Shown piece by piece: positions 37,844-49,000 of a stretch of 64,000 nt of DNA. How positions within the stretch are numbered: position 1 is the first letter of the stretch; the number at the start of each line of letters is the position of its first letter. The notes under the pieces are model-generated. The model was given only the letters and a program-made list of their open reading frames with translations. It ran no database searches and was not told the DNA's origin. The position numbers and the translations under genes were made by a program. Origin of the DNA: Reclinomonas americana ATCC 50394 (taxonomy: Eukaryota); NCBI GenBank assembly GCA_048213135.1, contig PS015010.1, positions 1,922,001-1,986,000 on the forward strand, written 5' to 3'.

Positions 37844-39319
37844 TTATCGCCACTCCACCCTGATGAGTTCATTCAGCCAGGGCAGTTTGACGATGCTGAT
37901 ATTCCAGGGCAGGTGATCCAGCAGCATATCAATGGCGCTTTTTTCCACCTGGAAATAAATACCCCCGTTATGCAGGTAAGTCTTACCCCGCCGTTGCAGA
38001 AAGCCTTCCCGAAGGCCGCCGGGCGTTGTACTCTTAAGAATACTCCACTGGGCGATTGCCGCGTTCAGCATATCATTGGCTTCCGTCGTTTCACCTGCTT
38101 CCAGTAAAGTGTCCGTACTCAGTGGCTCTTCAATAGGCCAGGCACACAATATTTTGGGTACAGCGAGTAAGTGTTCTTCGTAGGTATCACTGCCCGTAAC
38201 CGCATAGTTCAGCAGCAATATTGCTTTCTCCTGCGCCAGCCTGTTCGTGAACCGGCCATCAGTAAGCAACCCCGAGTTCCTGAACAGGGACCGTAAAAAA
38301 GGATGCAACAACAGCAAGCCCGCATGCTCAACAAAAAGTCCTTCAGGAGGAAGATGAAAAACGGTTGGAGCAAAAGGTTCTGTGGTTGCTTCTGATCTAT
38401 CAGTAACTGTTTTTACCCGTTGCTGATCTTTTATCTTTTCGATATGCTTGTCACCGGGTTTGTATTCCGGGATAGTTTCAATTCTGATTGACATTTTACC
38501 CAACAGGGAAACCAGCAGCGGTGGATGTTGTTTTTTATCCTTTACCTGTTCCCTGTTGATATGACCATCACGGAGATCAGCTTCCAGCAGTTGCTGCACC
38601 AACAGGTCCGGACCCGGTTGATTCGTTGCGGCCGCTGCCTGTCTTACCAGTTTCAGCCACACAGCAGGAGCTGTCGTAACCGGGACAACAGTTTGCCGGT
38701 AAAAAGTCAAAAGCTGATCAATAATAGCGGGCAATTGCTTCTGGTCATGCGCAGTCAGTATTTCCACCAGTTTAACCAGGAAGGCGGCATCATGACTGAG
38801 TGCGATCCTGCGGGCAATGCTTTCCTTCCGGCCGACCAGCTGGCGTAATTGTCCGACCATTTTAAAATCCGTTGCCAGTATTTCCAATACCTGCATTTTC
38901 CAGTCCTCATCAATGGCTGTTATGTTCCAGGGCAATACACCGTGTTCCATATAATGCAGCCATTGTTCGCAGGCGTTATGGGCCAATGATGTTGTTTTAA
39001 TGCCGGGCAAGTGTTGCTTACCATTTATGGGAGGGGCTTTTACCGACAGTTGTTCTTTTATCTTTTCCCTTAACAATTGTTCGATGGCATCGCAACTCAT
39101 TTCACGTTTGCTTTTATCCCATTCCAGTAGCCCCAGGTCAATCTCCAGTTTGTCGAGTTGTAATACCTCTCCTTCAACAGACAACTCGTTAAAAATTTTC
39201 TCCAGCACAGGCAATACTTCCCTGTAATAATATTTACTTGCTTCATGTTGCAGGACGAACAGTTCATCACGGCTGGCGGATGATATCTCAAAAAGCTGTT
39301 TCCTGATCACATGCTGCAT
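37844..39319 (-). CDS. CIS tape-measure protein (Afp14-like)
   Basis: N-terminal HVIRK..LDKLEIDLG and YMEHGVLPW; C-terminal AGLLLLHPFL, LREGFLQRRG, DMLLDHLPW..KLPW..VEW. Confidence 0.85.
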   Translation of the reverse strand: MQHVIRKQLFEISSASRDELFVLQHEASKYYYREVLPVLEKIFNELSVEGEVLQLDKLEIDLGLLEWDKSKREMSCDAIEQLLREKIKEQLSVKAPPINGKQHLPGIKTTSLAHNACEQWLHYMEHGVLPWNITAIDEDWKMQVLEILATDFKMVGQLRQLVGRKESIARRIALSHDAAFLVKLVEILTAHDQKQLPAIIDQLLTFYRQTVVPVTTAPAVWLKLVRQAAAATNQPGPDLLVQQLLEADLRDGHINREQVKDKKQHPPLLVSLLGKMSIRIETIPEYKPGDKHIEKIKDQQRVKTVTDRSEATTEPFAPTVFHLPPEGLFVEHAGLLLLHPFLRSLFRNSGLLTDGRFTNRLAQEKAILLLNYAVTGSDTYEEHLLAVPKILCAWPIEEPLSTDTLLEAGETTEANDMLNAAIAQWSILKSTTPGGLREGFLQRRGKTYLHNGGIYFQVEKSAIDMLLDHLPWNISIVKLPWLNELIRVEWR

Positions 39320-39331
39320 CTTGTTATGGAA

Positions 39332-42300
39332 TTATTTTTTCTTTTTGTTCGCCGACAATAATTGTTTCACAGCTTCTGTATCCATCCCGGGTTCATACTT
39401 TTCTATTTCAGCGGCATCCCAGTAGTTGCTGATGTGCTGCACATCGATGCCCGCCTTTACAAGCCTGGTCACCGTTTTTTGTAACTGCGCCAGTTTTGTG
39501 GGGTCTTTACCGTTAAAACTGACTTTATCGAGGTAATAGCAGATCGCCGCCTGCAACAGGTCGAGCTGCTGATGACTGTTCAGTATTTTGGCACCTCTTA
39601 CCGCGGGTTTTTTATTCTGTATGATCTCCACCGCCAGTTTATCGATCGCGTCTGCCGAAGGCTCATTGCCAGACAGTAGCGCCTGCATCTTCGATGCTGA
39701 AGGATTGCCTTTAGAGTGTTCGAGCACCTGCGCCGCCAGCTTCTGGTAACGCTTCATCCGCGTGTTGATCACCTGTGCCCGCTGCCGCTGATCAGGCACT
39801 TTCGCTTCCGCGACAGGTGTCACTTTAACATCAACTGCTTTATCTTCTTTCTTTTCAACCGGCATTTTCTTAATCTCTGCTACTACCGGTTGCGCCGGGG
39901 GCAGTTGTACTTTTCTTTTTACCTGGGGCAATGTTGAACCCGGTGCCGGAAGTGGCACGGGTACAGTACCCCGGTCACAATAGCGGGGCAGGCAGTATAT
40001 ATCATGTACCTGGTTGACAAAACCGTTGGGGTTCTCTTTCAGCGATGGCCTTCCATTTTTAAAACAATCATTTACAGGTACCAGTGCAGGTTCCTTGCAA
40101 GGCTGGCAGTCGGTACATTCATCCAGGCAATCGTATGTCCTGTCGAAGAGCAGGTGCAGGAAATCACAGCGGTCAAATCTGTCGCCACAAGCTGTTGTAC
40201 CCGTAAGCCACTGGTTCCATTTTTTGAACATAAATTCAAACTCACAGAAATCCCTCGGTTTAAGCCAGAGGATGCGCAGGAGTACATGCGCAGGCGCTTC
40301 GCGGTAGAGGTAGTTCTCAATAACACTTCGGCTGCCTGCATCGCGAAAACGGGCACTCCAGGCGGGCAAGGCAATAGTAACGATGAAAGAATAAGGATCG
40401 GCGCCGGGTTCAAAGCAAACGCTTCCGGGCAACGAAGAGCAGGGATCATCGTCATCGATCTTATAGGGTGGAAAACTGCAACCTGCGGTACATAGCTTCG
40501 CATCTTTACGGCAATCACAATCTCTGTCACAATGCGGTCTCAATAATATATGCTCGGCCAGGTGCAAACCTTCACTGTTGACCAGTTGCCGGGCTGTATC
40601 CACGGCAATACACACTTCCTTTGTTGTATCATAACATTGCGGATTAACAGCAATGATATCACTTACCCACTGACCGGCCGTTGCCGTTGTACCCTGCTCT
40701 CCCCTTACGGTTACCAGCCTGGATTGCTGAATATGCAACGCGATACCGAAAGAATGACATTCGCAATCGAATACCGGGTGATAGAAACTTTTTTGCGCCA
40801 GTAATTGCAATGCTTTTTCGTATGCTTCCAGGGCCAGGCTGCAGGACGGATAACAACAGTTTCCTTTCCAGGCGATATGACAATAACCTTCTCCGGCTCC
40901 GGGTTTTTCATCGCAGCCACAGGGTTTATTCAGGCCCGCGTCTTCCATACAACTGTTGAAGCCGGGCAGCTTGATCTCGATACAATATTTATAAACCGGC
41001 TTTTCATTTTCACCGGCACCGGGATTCAGCTGTACCCTTACGATAGGATAATGACAGGCCCAGTTTTTTAAGATAAACAACCATTCTGTTTTCCATTTGG
41101 CGATCTCCTGATCATCTTTCAGGATCCGTTGCTCTACAGATGAAATGTGTATACCGTCTGTACCAGTACCTGCGGAAAGATGACCGTCTTTGGTATAATC
41201 AACCGTTGTATCGGTAGTCATGATCGTTTCGGCAAGACGTATATAGATGTCGCAGAAATCTCTTTCCGTAATCTTCCCGGGTTGCACATTGGCAAATGGT
41301 TTCCCGGAAAAATCATTCAGCACGATCACGTTGCCGGATGGCGAAACTGAGTAAGACTTGTTTTTGCTGTACACCTGCATATTATCGTACAGTAACTGTA
41401 TTGCTTCGTCCCGTTGTTTTTCAGTATCGTATTTGCAGGGATGATCCAGCAACCCGCTGCCACAGGTTACATAAAAAGAATAGCAGCAGTCTGTCCTGCG
41501 CAGGTAATTTCTGAAAGCATTGCCGGATTGCACGGCACAAATAAATTTCTCTATTCCTTCCTTACCCCATGCCTGTTCTTTGGTGGTAAACCAGTCAATA
41601 CTTTGCGCCAGCACTTCGCGGATGAATATGCGATATGCGTAAACGGACACACAATCGGCAGCGGACGCGTTCTCCTGTCCCGCACAGCCACAATCAACAT
41701 AGTAGTTACCGGTATATTTGAGGAGTCTTACGAAATAAAGGAAATCTTCCATAGCGGCGCCCGGGGTTTCGTGGTATCCCGTGCTTTGCCAGTGCCCCTG
41801 CACATTTTTGAGTTTGGGTGAATCGTTAACCGGCAGCGTAAAGTAATACACCCATTTACCTGGCTTTCCTTTGCAATCACCGACCTTAGGTTCATATGTT
41901 TTACAGAACAGGCAGGCAAATTTTTCAGAATCGCTGTCGATGACTTTTATAGGATAGGTCGCCAGGTAACCGGCAAGGTTTGTCATCCACGTTGCACCGA
42001 ATTTATCCAGCAGCCATTTCAAGGTTGCGGCAGGTACGTATACAACTGCATCACTGGCCATGCAATCTCCCGTTACGGGAACCTCAACAGGCACCAGGCT
42101 GATTTGTTTTCCGTAGGAAGATACTTCAGCAGCCATCGTAAGGATATGCAGGTAATGGTCCTGGAATGCTTTATATGCTTCCTCTTCCGAACCATATGCC
42201 TGCACACTCCCGAACAGCACCAGTTCTTTCCCGGCAGCATCATGCTGATTGTGCAGTTTTACCTGGTAACGGTAACGCAGGTTATTATCCCTGTCAATGA

Positions 42301-45300
42301 CCTCGCTGAAAATATCACCGCCAAGACATACCTGCGGTATTTTCCTGATCATATTTTTCGACAGGGAAGCAACAATCTTACGCTGGTCCCAGGCTGTATC
42401 TTCGGCGGCAAAAGGCTGTGTAAAAAAGGCCGGAACCCTGTTCTTGTTCACCAGTTTGTATACATAAGTGCCTTGCTGGTTCACACCATCTACAGCAACC
42501 CAGGTGGCCAGTTCACGGGGATCTTTCACTGCCGCCAGTTTAGCAATCTGCTGCTGTTGTTCCCATTCCGTACGTATGGCAGGCAGACGGGTATCTTTTT
42601 CCGCAATCTCCATAGCTACAGCAGGCAATTGTTTGTCTTTCAATGGAACGATCTGCAGTTGTTTGGCGTTCTCTTTAAGTCCGAGATTGAGTATGCCGCC
42701 ATGAAAAGCAGATGACGCCGCAGTGGCTTCATCGAAAGATTTATATTCGGGTACGCTGTAAAACTCAAATGCATGCGCTGCTTCATACCCCAGCCGGTAG
42801 CGGAATTTCCAGGAAGCGGGTGTTTTTACCAGGCCAAGTGTATACAGGTGCCGGGCAATGGTACCTGACATATGCGCAATGGCTTTTTCCGTTTCTTCCC
42901 TTGTTGTATAAAACGCTGCGGATGCAGCCACATCAACACCATCCTGCTGCAGTACTGCCTGGTAACGACGGTTTTCCTTATCGAGTTTGATAATAAAATT
43001 CGCCCGGTCTGCCGCCGCGGTCAGCACATCGGCACAATGTTCCCTGGCCTGTTCGCCGGTCTCAAAATCAACTGAAGGCGATATCTTAAAAGAGTTAGTG
43101 TCTTTGTCAAGTACATCATACGTGAACATCCCGGGTTTACCGATGATGGTATCGCTGATATCAATATTAAAACCGGCCAGGTCGATGAAACGATGAGTAT
43201 CGCTATTGCGTTTATCATGATGAAAAACAAGACCGCCATCCTTTTCAGCAGCCTGCCAGGCCTTGGGTATATTGATCTTGGGCAGCAATTTCTTTATGCC
43301 GTCCTGTGCCTGTTTTTCTGTATGCCATACATCAGCTGCCAAACGGATTATTTTACCGTCGCTGTTGCTGAGTTCTCCTTTCCAGTTCCAGGAATATTCC
43401 AGCACCGTATTGGCAGGCGCCTGCTGCGAGGTGCCCTGGCTCAGGTAAGCCACGAGTTCATCTGCGCTATTCGAATTGGAAAAGGTGACAGCATGTACAG
43501 CCGGTTGCGTTGCGCCGTAATGCAATTGCAACTGGTATTGTTTTTTATCGGGCTGATAAACAACTTTATAATTACCAGCATCCTTCATGGCGCTGACCAT
43601 GTCTGCGGCGGCTTGTAACGCGTCTGCCTGCAGGTCATACTTTTCATAAATACAGAAGGCCGCGATTCCCGCTTTGCTGAGATCCAGTATAAACTGTTCG
43701 TCGTACAGGTCAACGGTAAAGTGGCAGAGATAATCTTTTTTGAGAGACGACATTCCCGCCAGTGCTTTGATCTTTTTTTCAAAGCCCGATATATTGTCAT
43801 TATTCCAGCCACCTTCGAGATAATCATACCCCCTTCCCCGGTTGCGGCTGATGTCATCGTATTGGGTAAGGAAGCGCTCCATATTCCCGACGGCTGTTCT
43901 TTCCGAACCGCTTTTCCAGTTGAGCAGGGCAAAGTCGGTGAATTTTTCCGCGAAACGGGATAAAAGATGCGACAGGAATTTTTTCCGCCTGCTGATATAC
44001 AGTTCATCGCTCTCTACCAGCATGCCCAGGTAATCGGTGTAGGAAGCGATGTTAAGTTCGATATTAAAAGAATAGCCGCTGCCATTCATAAGGAAAGAGC
44101 GGTAGTTGCCGTCAAACAAGCCTGTATACTGAACGGAAGCGGCCTGCTGCAGGGCTTCTGTTTCTGTAGCACACATTTTTGCGCCCAGCAGGACATAACC
44201 GGCTTCTGCGGGAGATAACGTAAAGAGCCAGCAATCATCGAATGTGCGCCATGCTTTCGTGGTGATCTCCTTTTCATCTTCCAGTCCGTCCCGTAACAGG
44301 GCTGTTGCTTCTTCCAGTGATGTTAGTGAATTGAATTGATAAGGCGTGAAGGAACGCAGCAGTTCTTCTCCCATTCTTAACGTGGTATTGACCAGTTCCC
44401 AATCCTCGCGGGATACGGGAAAGACCAGTACGGTACCATTTACGCCCAGTGCGGTATCGCTTCCCGCAGATCCGAAACGCAGGAGCTTCTCCATCTCCGG
44501 TACTGTTTTCAGCGTATTGAGGAAATAGGTATGCTGATCTTTAATACCGGCAGGGCTTTTAAGGGCGAACAATTGCCTTATATGTTTCAACTGGGAAAGA
44601 TAGTTAGCCAGCATCTGGTCGAAGAACAACAGGTATCCTTTCAATTGCAGGGCCTGCGCTTTACGTTCATCAGAAGCATCGTCGGGCAGTTCTCCTTCGC
44701 CTATTCCATACACCCTCGGAAAATCGTGCTGTATTGAGTAGTAATCTTCCAGGTCGGAGTGATAGATACCGTTGGGTATGGGATTATCGAGATAAGGCGA
44801 AGGCAGCGCATATTTTACTTTACCGTTGTGCGAAAAATTAAGTGCCAGCAGCGTTTCGAATTTTTGCGTATCCACATTTACCGGCAGCCCATTCCGGGTA
44901 AACTCTATACCTGAGCAGGCAATGGAAAAAGAAGGAATATGATTTTTGGGCAGATTAAATTTCCAGTGTGATCTTTTTGTCTTGTCATCACCCGGGCAAT
45001 CTTTACCACAACTTTTCAGTTCAAGACGACTGATCTTTTTCACACCTTCCACGTCAAATATGACATTGTATACGTCTGAAGTATGTATCTCTTTTTTCAG
45101 TTGCAGGTTCTCCAGTTCATCGGTATCAACAAAACCGTGGCTTTCCGGGCTGTAAGGCCGCCCGGCAAAAATATCTTCGATGGCCTTGCCCTTATCCAGC
45201 AATTGCGGAAGTGTATAGAATTTAGGTGCCGGCGACAGGAACTCCCGCAGGTGTGTGGCAATGTCGAGATAAACATTTTCCGCATCGGCTGTGTCTTCCA

Positions 45301-46012
45301 GTTCCACGGAAAGGCAAACACCGGTATCCATTTTGCAGAGGATGTAGATGTCCTCAAAATCTTCGCAAAGGTTGCGATGCTGCATAAGCGCATCCTTTAC
45401 AAGTTTGATGATATCGTCTGTATATTTTTTCTTTTCCGCCTGTGTCCTGAAATCTTTATCGGGGTCTTTTTCTGTCTCAATATATACATGATACAATCCG
45501 TTGAGAAAACTAACGCAGGTGTCCTGTGACAGTGGACTGGTTGCGGCCTGCGGGTTGGGAACTGTGCCGGGAATATGATCGCCCGGCTGGTTGGGGATTA
45601 CAACGGCGGCCCGCCTGCAAATGTCTTTTATATCGATAGCCGGTTCAAGCCAGGCATTTCTTACCCCCGGAATATCGATAAGCAGTTTGCGGTAATCGGC
45701 AATGGTAAGCGGGTTGCAACTGAGTATCTGTGCCGGTGTAAAAAAGTTATCATCGGGTGATGCGTCTGCGGGGTCACGGGCGAGTATATCTTCAACAGGA
45801 AGATTGGTACGGTATCCCAGGTCGAGCAACGCATAACAAAGCACTTCCAGGATGGTGATGCCCGGATCGTGCACATTATGATCGGTCCATATCTTACCCG
45901 ATAACCGGCCCAGGTAATCGATGCCCTCGCTTCTGAGTTTTTCAAAATCGAGGTAGGCCGGGAAGCCGGAGTTGTTTTTGCTGATGGTAATATGTTTTTG
46001 CTCAGTGGCCAT
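39332..46012 (-). CDS. Giant baseplate wedge protein (Afp12-like), Cys-rich, 2226 aa
   Basis: WTDHNVHDPGITILE, DYRKLLID, RNLCEDF, QLKGYLLFFDQ, FLSHLLSRFAE, HLAEHILLRP, DPYSF, PAHV motifs. Confidence 0.88.
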   Translation of the reverse strand: MATEQKHITISKNNSGFPAYLDFEKLRSEGIDYLGRLSGKIWTDHNVHDPGITILEVLCYALLDLGYRTNLPVEDILARDPADASPDDNFFTPAQILSCNPLTIADYRKLLIDIPGVRNAWLEPAIDIKDICRRAAVVIPNQPGDHIPGTVPNPQAATSPLSQDTCVSFLNGLYHVYIETEKDPDKDFRTQAEKKKYTDDIIKLVKDALMQHRNLCEDFEDIYILCKMDTGVCLSVELEDTADAENVYLDIATHLREFLSPAPKFYTLPQLLDKGKAIEDIFAGRPYSPESHGFVDTDELENLQLKKEIHTSDVYNVIFDVEGVKKISRLELKSCGKDCPGDDKTKRSHWKFNLPKNHIPSFSIACSGIEFTRNGLPVNVDTQKFETLLALNFSHNGKVKYALPSPYLDNPIPNGIYHSDLEDYYSIQHDFPRVYGIGEGELPDDASDERKAQALQLKGYLLFFDQMLANYLSQLKHIRQLFALKSPAGIKDQHTYFLNTLKTVPEMEKLLRFGSAGSDTALGVNGTVLVFPVSREDWELVNTTLRMGEELLRSFTPYQFNSLTSLEEATALLRDGLEDEKEITTKAWRTFDDCWLFTLSPAEAGYVLLGAKMCATETEALQQAASVQYTGLFDGNYRSFLMNGSGYSFNIELNIASYTDYLGMLVESDELYISRRKKFLSHLLSRFAEKFTDFALLNWKSGSERTAVGNMERFLTQYDDISRNRGRGYDYLEGGWNNDNISGFEKKIKALAGMSSLKKDYLCHFTVDLYDEQFILDLSKAGIAAFCIYEKYDLQADALQAAADMVSAMKDAGNYKVVYQPDKKQYQLQLHYGATQPAVHAVTFSNSNSADELVAYLSQGTSQQAPANTVLEYSWNWKGELSNSDGKIIRLAADVWHTEKQAQDGIKKLLPKINIPKAWQAAEKDGGLVFHHDKRNSDTHRFIDLAGFNIDISDTIIGKPGMFTYDVLDKDTNSFKISPSVDFETGEQAREHCADVLTAAADRANFIIKLDKENRRYQAVLQQDGVDVAASAAFYTTREETEKAIAHMSGTIARHLYTLGLVKTPASWKFRYRLGYEAAHAFEFYSVPEYKSFDEATAASSAFHGGILNLGLKENAKQLQIVPLKDKQLPAVAMEIAEKDTRLPAIRTEWEQQQQIAKLAAVKDPRELATWVAVDGVNQQGTYVYKLVNKNRVPAFFTQPFAAEDTAWDQRKIVASLSKNMIRKIPQVCLGGDIFSEVIDRDNNLRYRYQVKLHNQHDAAGKELVLFGSVQAYGSEEEAYKAFQDHYLHILTMAAEVSSYGKQISLVPVEVPVTGDCMASDAVVYVPAATLKWLLDKFGATWMTNLAGYLATYPIKVIDSDSEKFACLFCKTYEPKVGDCKGKPGKWVYYFTLPVNDSPKLKNVQGHWQSTGYHETPGAAMEDFLYFVRLLKYTGNYYVDCGCAGQENASAADCVSVYAYRIFIREVLAQSIDWFTTKEQAWGKEGIEKFICAVQSGNAFRNYLRRTDCCYSFYVTCGSGLLDHPCKYDTEKQRDEAIQLLYDNMQVYSKNKSYSVSPSGNVIVLNDFSGKPFANVQPGKITERDFCDIYIRLAETIMTTDTTVDYTKDGHLSAGTGTDGIHISSVEQRILKDDQEIAKWKTEWLFILKNWACHYPIVRVQLNPGAGENEKPVYKYCIEIKLPGFNSCMEDAGLNKPCGCDEKPGAGEGYCHIAWKGNCCYPSCSLALEAYEKALQLLAQKSFYHPVFDCECHSFGIALHIQQSRLVTVRGEQGTTATAGQWVSDIIAVNPQCYDTTKEVCIAVDTARQLVNSEGLHLAEHILLRPHCDRDCDCRKDAKLCTAGCSFPPYKIDDDDPCSSLPGSVCFEPGADPYSFIVTIALPAWSARFRDAGSRSVIENYLYREAPAHVLLRILWLKPRDFCEFEFMFKKWNQWLTGTTACGDRFDRCDFLHLLFDRTYDCLDECTDCQPCKEPALVPVNDCFKNGRPSLKENPNGFVNQVHDIYCLPRYCDRGTVPVPLPAPGSTLPQVKRKVQLPPAQPVVAEIKKMPVEKKEDKAVDVKVTPVAEAKVPDQRQRAQVINTRMKRYQKLAAQVLEHSKGNPSASKMQALLSGNEPSADAIDKLAVEIIQNKKPAVRGAKILNSHQQLDLLQAAICYYLDKVSFNGKDPTKLAQLQKTVTRLVKAGIDVQHISNYWDAAEIEKYEPGMDTEAVKQLLSANKKKK

Positions 46013-46021
46013 AATTCATCT

Positions 46022-49000
46022 TTAATCTTTTCCGGTGTCTTTACAATAATCCGTAACAGGGATAGCCGTATGATCACAACATGACCCGGTACCCTGCCCG
46101 GTGGCGTCTTTACATTCGCACCATTGCTCACAGTCCTGCTGGTCGATACATACATCGATATTACCGGCTACGAGTATGCTTCGGGGCGTGATGGGAACAA
46201 CCTCATTTGCATCACCGCTGGTACTGATGTTCTTACCGCTTTCGGTGTGCACCATTTTCAGGTCGGTGATATAATCGATATACCCTCTCGATTCCAGGAA
46301 GCGGATCATATCTGAACGGTTAACAGACTGCCCGAATGCCAGTTTATCATATTCGCCAATGGCCCAGGGTGCGAGGAATTCACTGATGTCTTTTTTCAGT
46401 TCTTCCTTGTAATACACTTCATCTTTGCCCGGTAATAATTTCACACGCAGACAGAAGTCCACTTTTTCATAACGGGGGTTCATGATGCGTAACCTGACAA
46501 AAGGAGAAACTACTTTTTTTAACCCCGCTTCAATGGCTTCCAACAGGCTTACCGGCGCTTTGGGTTCAAAGGAGCGTGCCGCTTTCAACTGGTTGAGATC
46601 GGGAATAACCGCTAACAGTACATATCCCGGTGCAACAGGAAAATCGTTGACGTACCTGTTGGCATTGAGCGCATAACTATGGTTGATGCATTTTACTTTG
46701 TATACCTGCGGGAACAGTTCAAGAACGATGCGTTCATAATCGAATTTTTGGATGGCCCTGTTCTTATGCCGCAGCAATTCGCTTACGCGGATATAAAAAT
46801 GCTGTTCCGCTTCCGGCACCCTGCCTCCAAAGGAGTCATAGGGCTGTTCCGTCTTTTTCACCAGCGCATCGGCCTCTTTCAGTTTAGCCACAGAACCCGC
46901 TGGCAGCGGGGCCGCCAAGCGAAGCAGGTCATTTTCCGGCGCAGCGGTAAAAGTTGCTTTAACCGCCTGGGTATGTACACCAATGATCTCGCTTACCGAC
47001 CGGCTGTTGCCAGGTATAGCCGCCCTGATCCAATGCAGCCCTTTGGGAAGGATGCTGTTCTCATTCGTCATGTTAGCCGGCAATGCCAGTTTCACAATGC
47101 CCGAAGTGGTCAATCCGTTGGTATCATCATCCAGCACTTCAAAACCGGTACGTAATAATTTCCAGATGTTGTTCTCCAGGTAATACCATTGCAGTTCTTC
47201 CCGCTCCGATTCGGAATCGGCTGTTGCTTCTGCCAACTGGAAAAGAATATTCAGGTTGCTGCCGGGTTTGCAGTCTTTCAAACCCAGGAACAGGTTGCCC
47301 TCGTCGCAAAATACGGGGAAAAGTGAGGGTTGCAGCTCCAGTTCTTCGGCTTTGTATGTGCCTGTGTAAGGGTAGAGATGTACCAAGTCGATGTCGGCAG
47401 CTACAGCTGTGGCTTTATAGTCGAGCGAAATATTTTTGATGATGGGCGTCCAGGGTTCGTTGGGGATCAGTACAGAAAGTTTATCAACCAGTTTCCCGGT
47501 AAATACATCAAAGAAACTTAAGGTGGTTTCAATCTCGGTGAGTTTATTCCTCAGGTTCTGGGCTCTTGTTTTTGCAGTCTGGCTGTTGGATACCGCGCTG
47601 GCCAGTGGCGTGGAAATGGAAGGGGTGAATTCCGCTGCGGTGATGGTAACGCCTCCCGGGCTTCCGCCAAGACGTGCGTTATCCGTTGCTGATTTGACTG
47701 CGTCTACATTCGTTTTCGTATTTGTTGTTGCGGTTACGGCATCCGTTGCCAACTGATCCAGTTGTACCAGTTTGGGTGCAATACCTTCAAATACAATGAC
47801 AGTATTACCGGCTGATAAATAAGTGGCGTCTTCCAGGAAGCTGTTCGGGAATTTACCAAGCGCCATCATTTGCCGGGCAAGAATGTACGCGTAGTCTTTA
47901 TGCAGGAAATCCTGGTTTTGCAGGTTCAGCCTGATGAAACCATTGAGTGTGGATGGATTCAACTGTTCCTGCTTGGCCTGGTCGATCCGGAAAGCGGGAC
48001 TGCTGCCGTTGATATAGGCATTGGCAATATGAATCGTCTGCTCGGCCGGGTTAAGGGGGTTACAAAATCCCGCGGCTGTATCCTTCCTGAAAAGCGGCCT
48101 GTTGAAATCGTGCGTCTCCGGGTTTTGTATAAGGTTATTGGGAACCGGTGGATTGGGAACGGTGTAGTCTTTTTCCTTTTTCCATTTGCCGTCTTCGAGC
48201 AGGGCCACATTCACCTGGAAGTCATTTTCATTCAGACCATACTTGGTTTGGTCAGCTTTGTTTACCCAGTACGCTTTATAGTACTCATTAAAACTAACGG
48301 GCTTGTCTTTCCAGGAAAGATTGATATACACATCATCCCATTTTTTTCCGAATACTTCTTTACTGCCGATATAAAAACTGGGACCGGCCAGGTTTTTAGG
48401 CACTCCGGGTTTAACAGGATTAACCAGGTCGAAACCGATAACGCTGGGCCGGGTGCCGAAAGGATATATGGGAGATGCCGTATCCTGCAGGCTCTCATCA
48501 TTCTGTACAATAAAATCCTTTAAGCCGCATACTTCCACATTGATCTTTGTTGATGCCGGAAGCACTTTTACATTCCTGAAAAAATGATAAAGAGAAACAG
48601 GTTGTGTTGTCTTTTCCGGTTGCCTTTCGCAACACTGCAGTTGTGCAGACGCCGCCAGGGAATGCAGTATTTTTATCTTATCATCCAGTTCTATTTTCGC
48701 TACGGGTAAAGTGGTATTGAAGTCTTCCTTCAGGTTTTCGGCGTTGTAAAAAGTCACCGGCTTATGTTCAGGTTGCAATACCGCGGTTATGGCCAGTGTA
48801 AACAGGCGGGTGGCCGGGTTGTAATTCTGAATGGAGGCCACCACGCTGCCGGCGGCATCCTCATAGGGAGATATCCATTTATCCTCGCCGCTGAAAACGA
48901 CGTTCAGCGGTTTCCGTGGCTTAACAATATCGTCCAGTGCTTTTTTCTCTTCGGCACTCAATGGTGCTTTCATGGTACCCCACTCCTGCTGGGTGAACAG

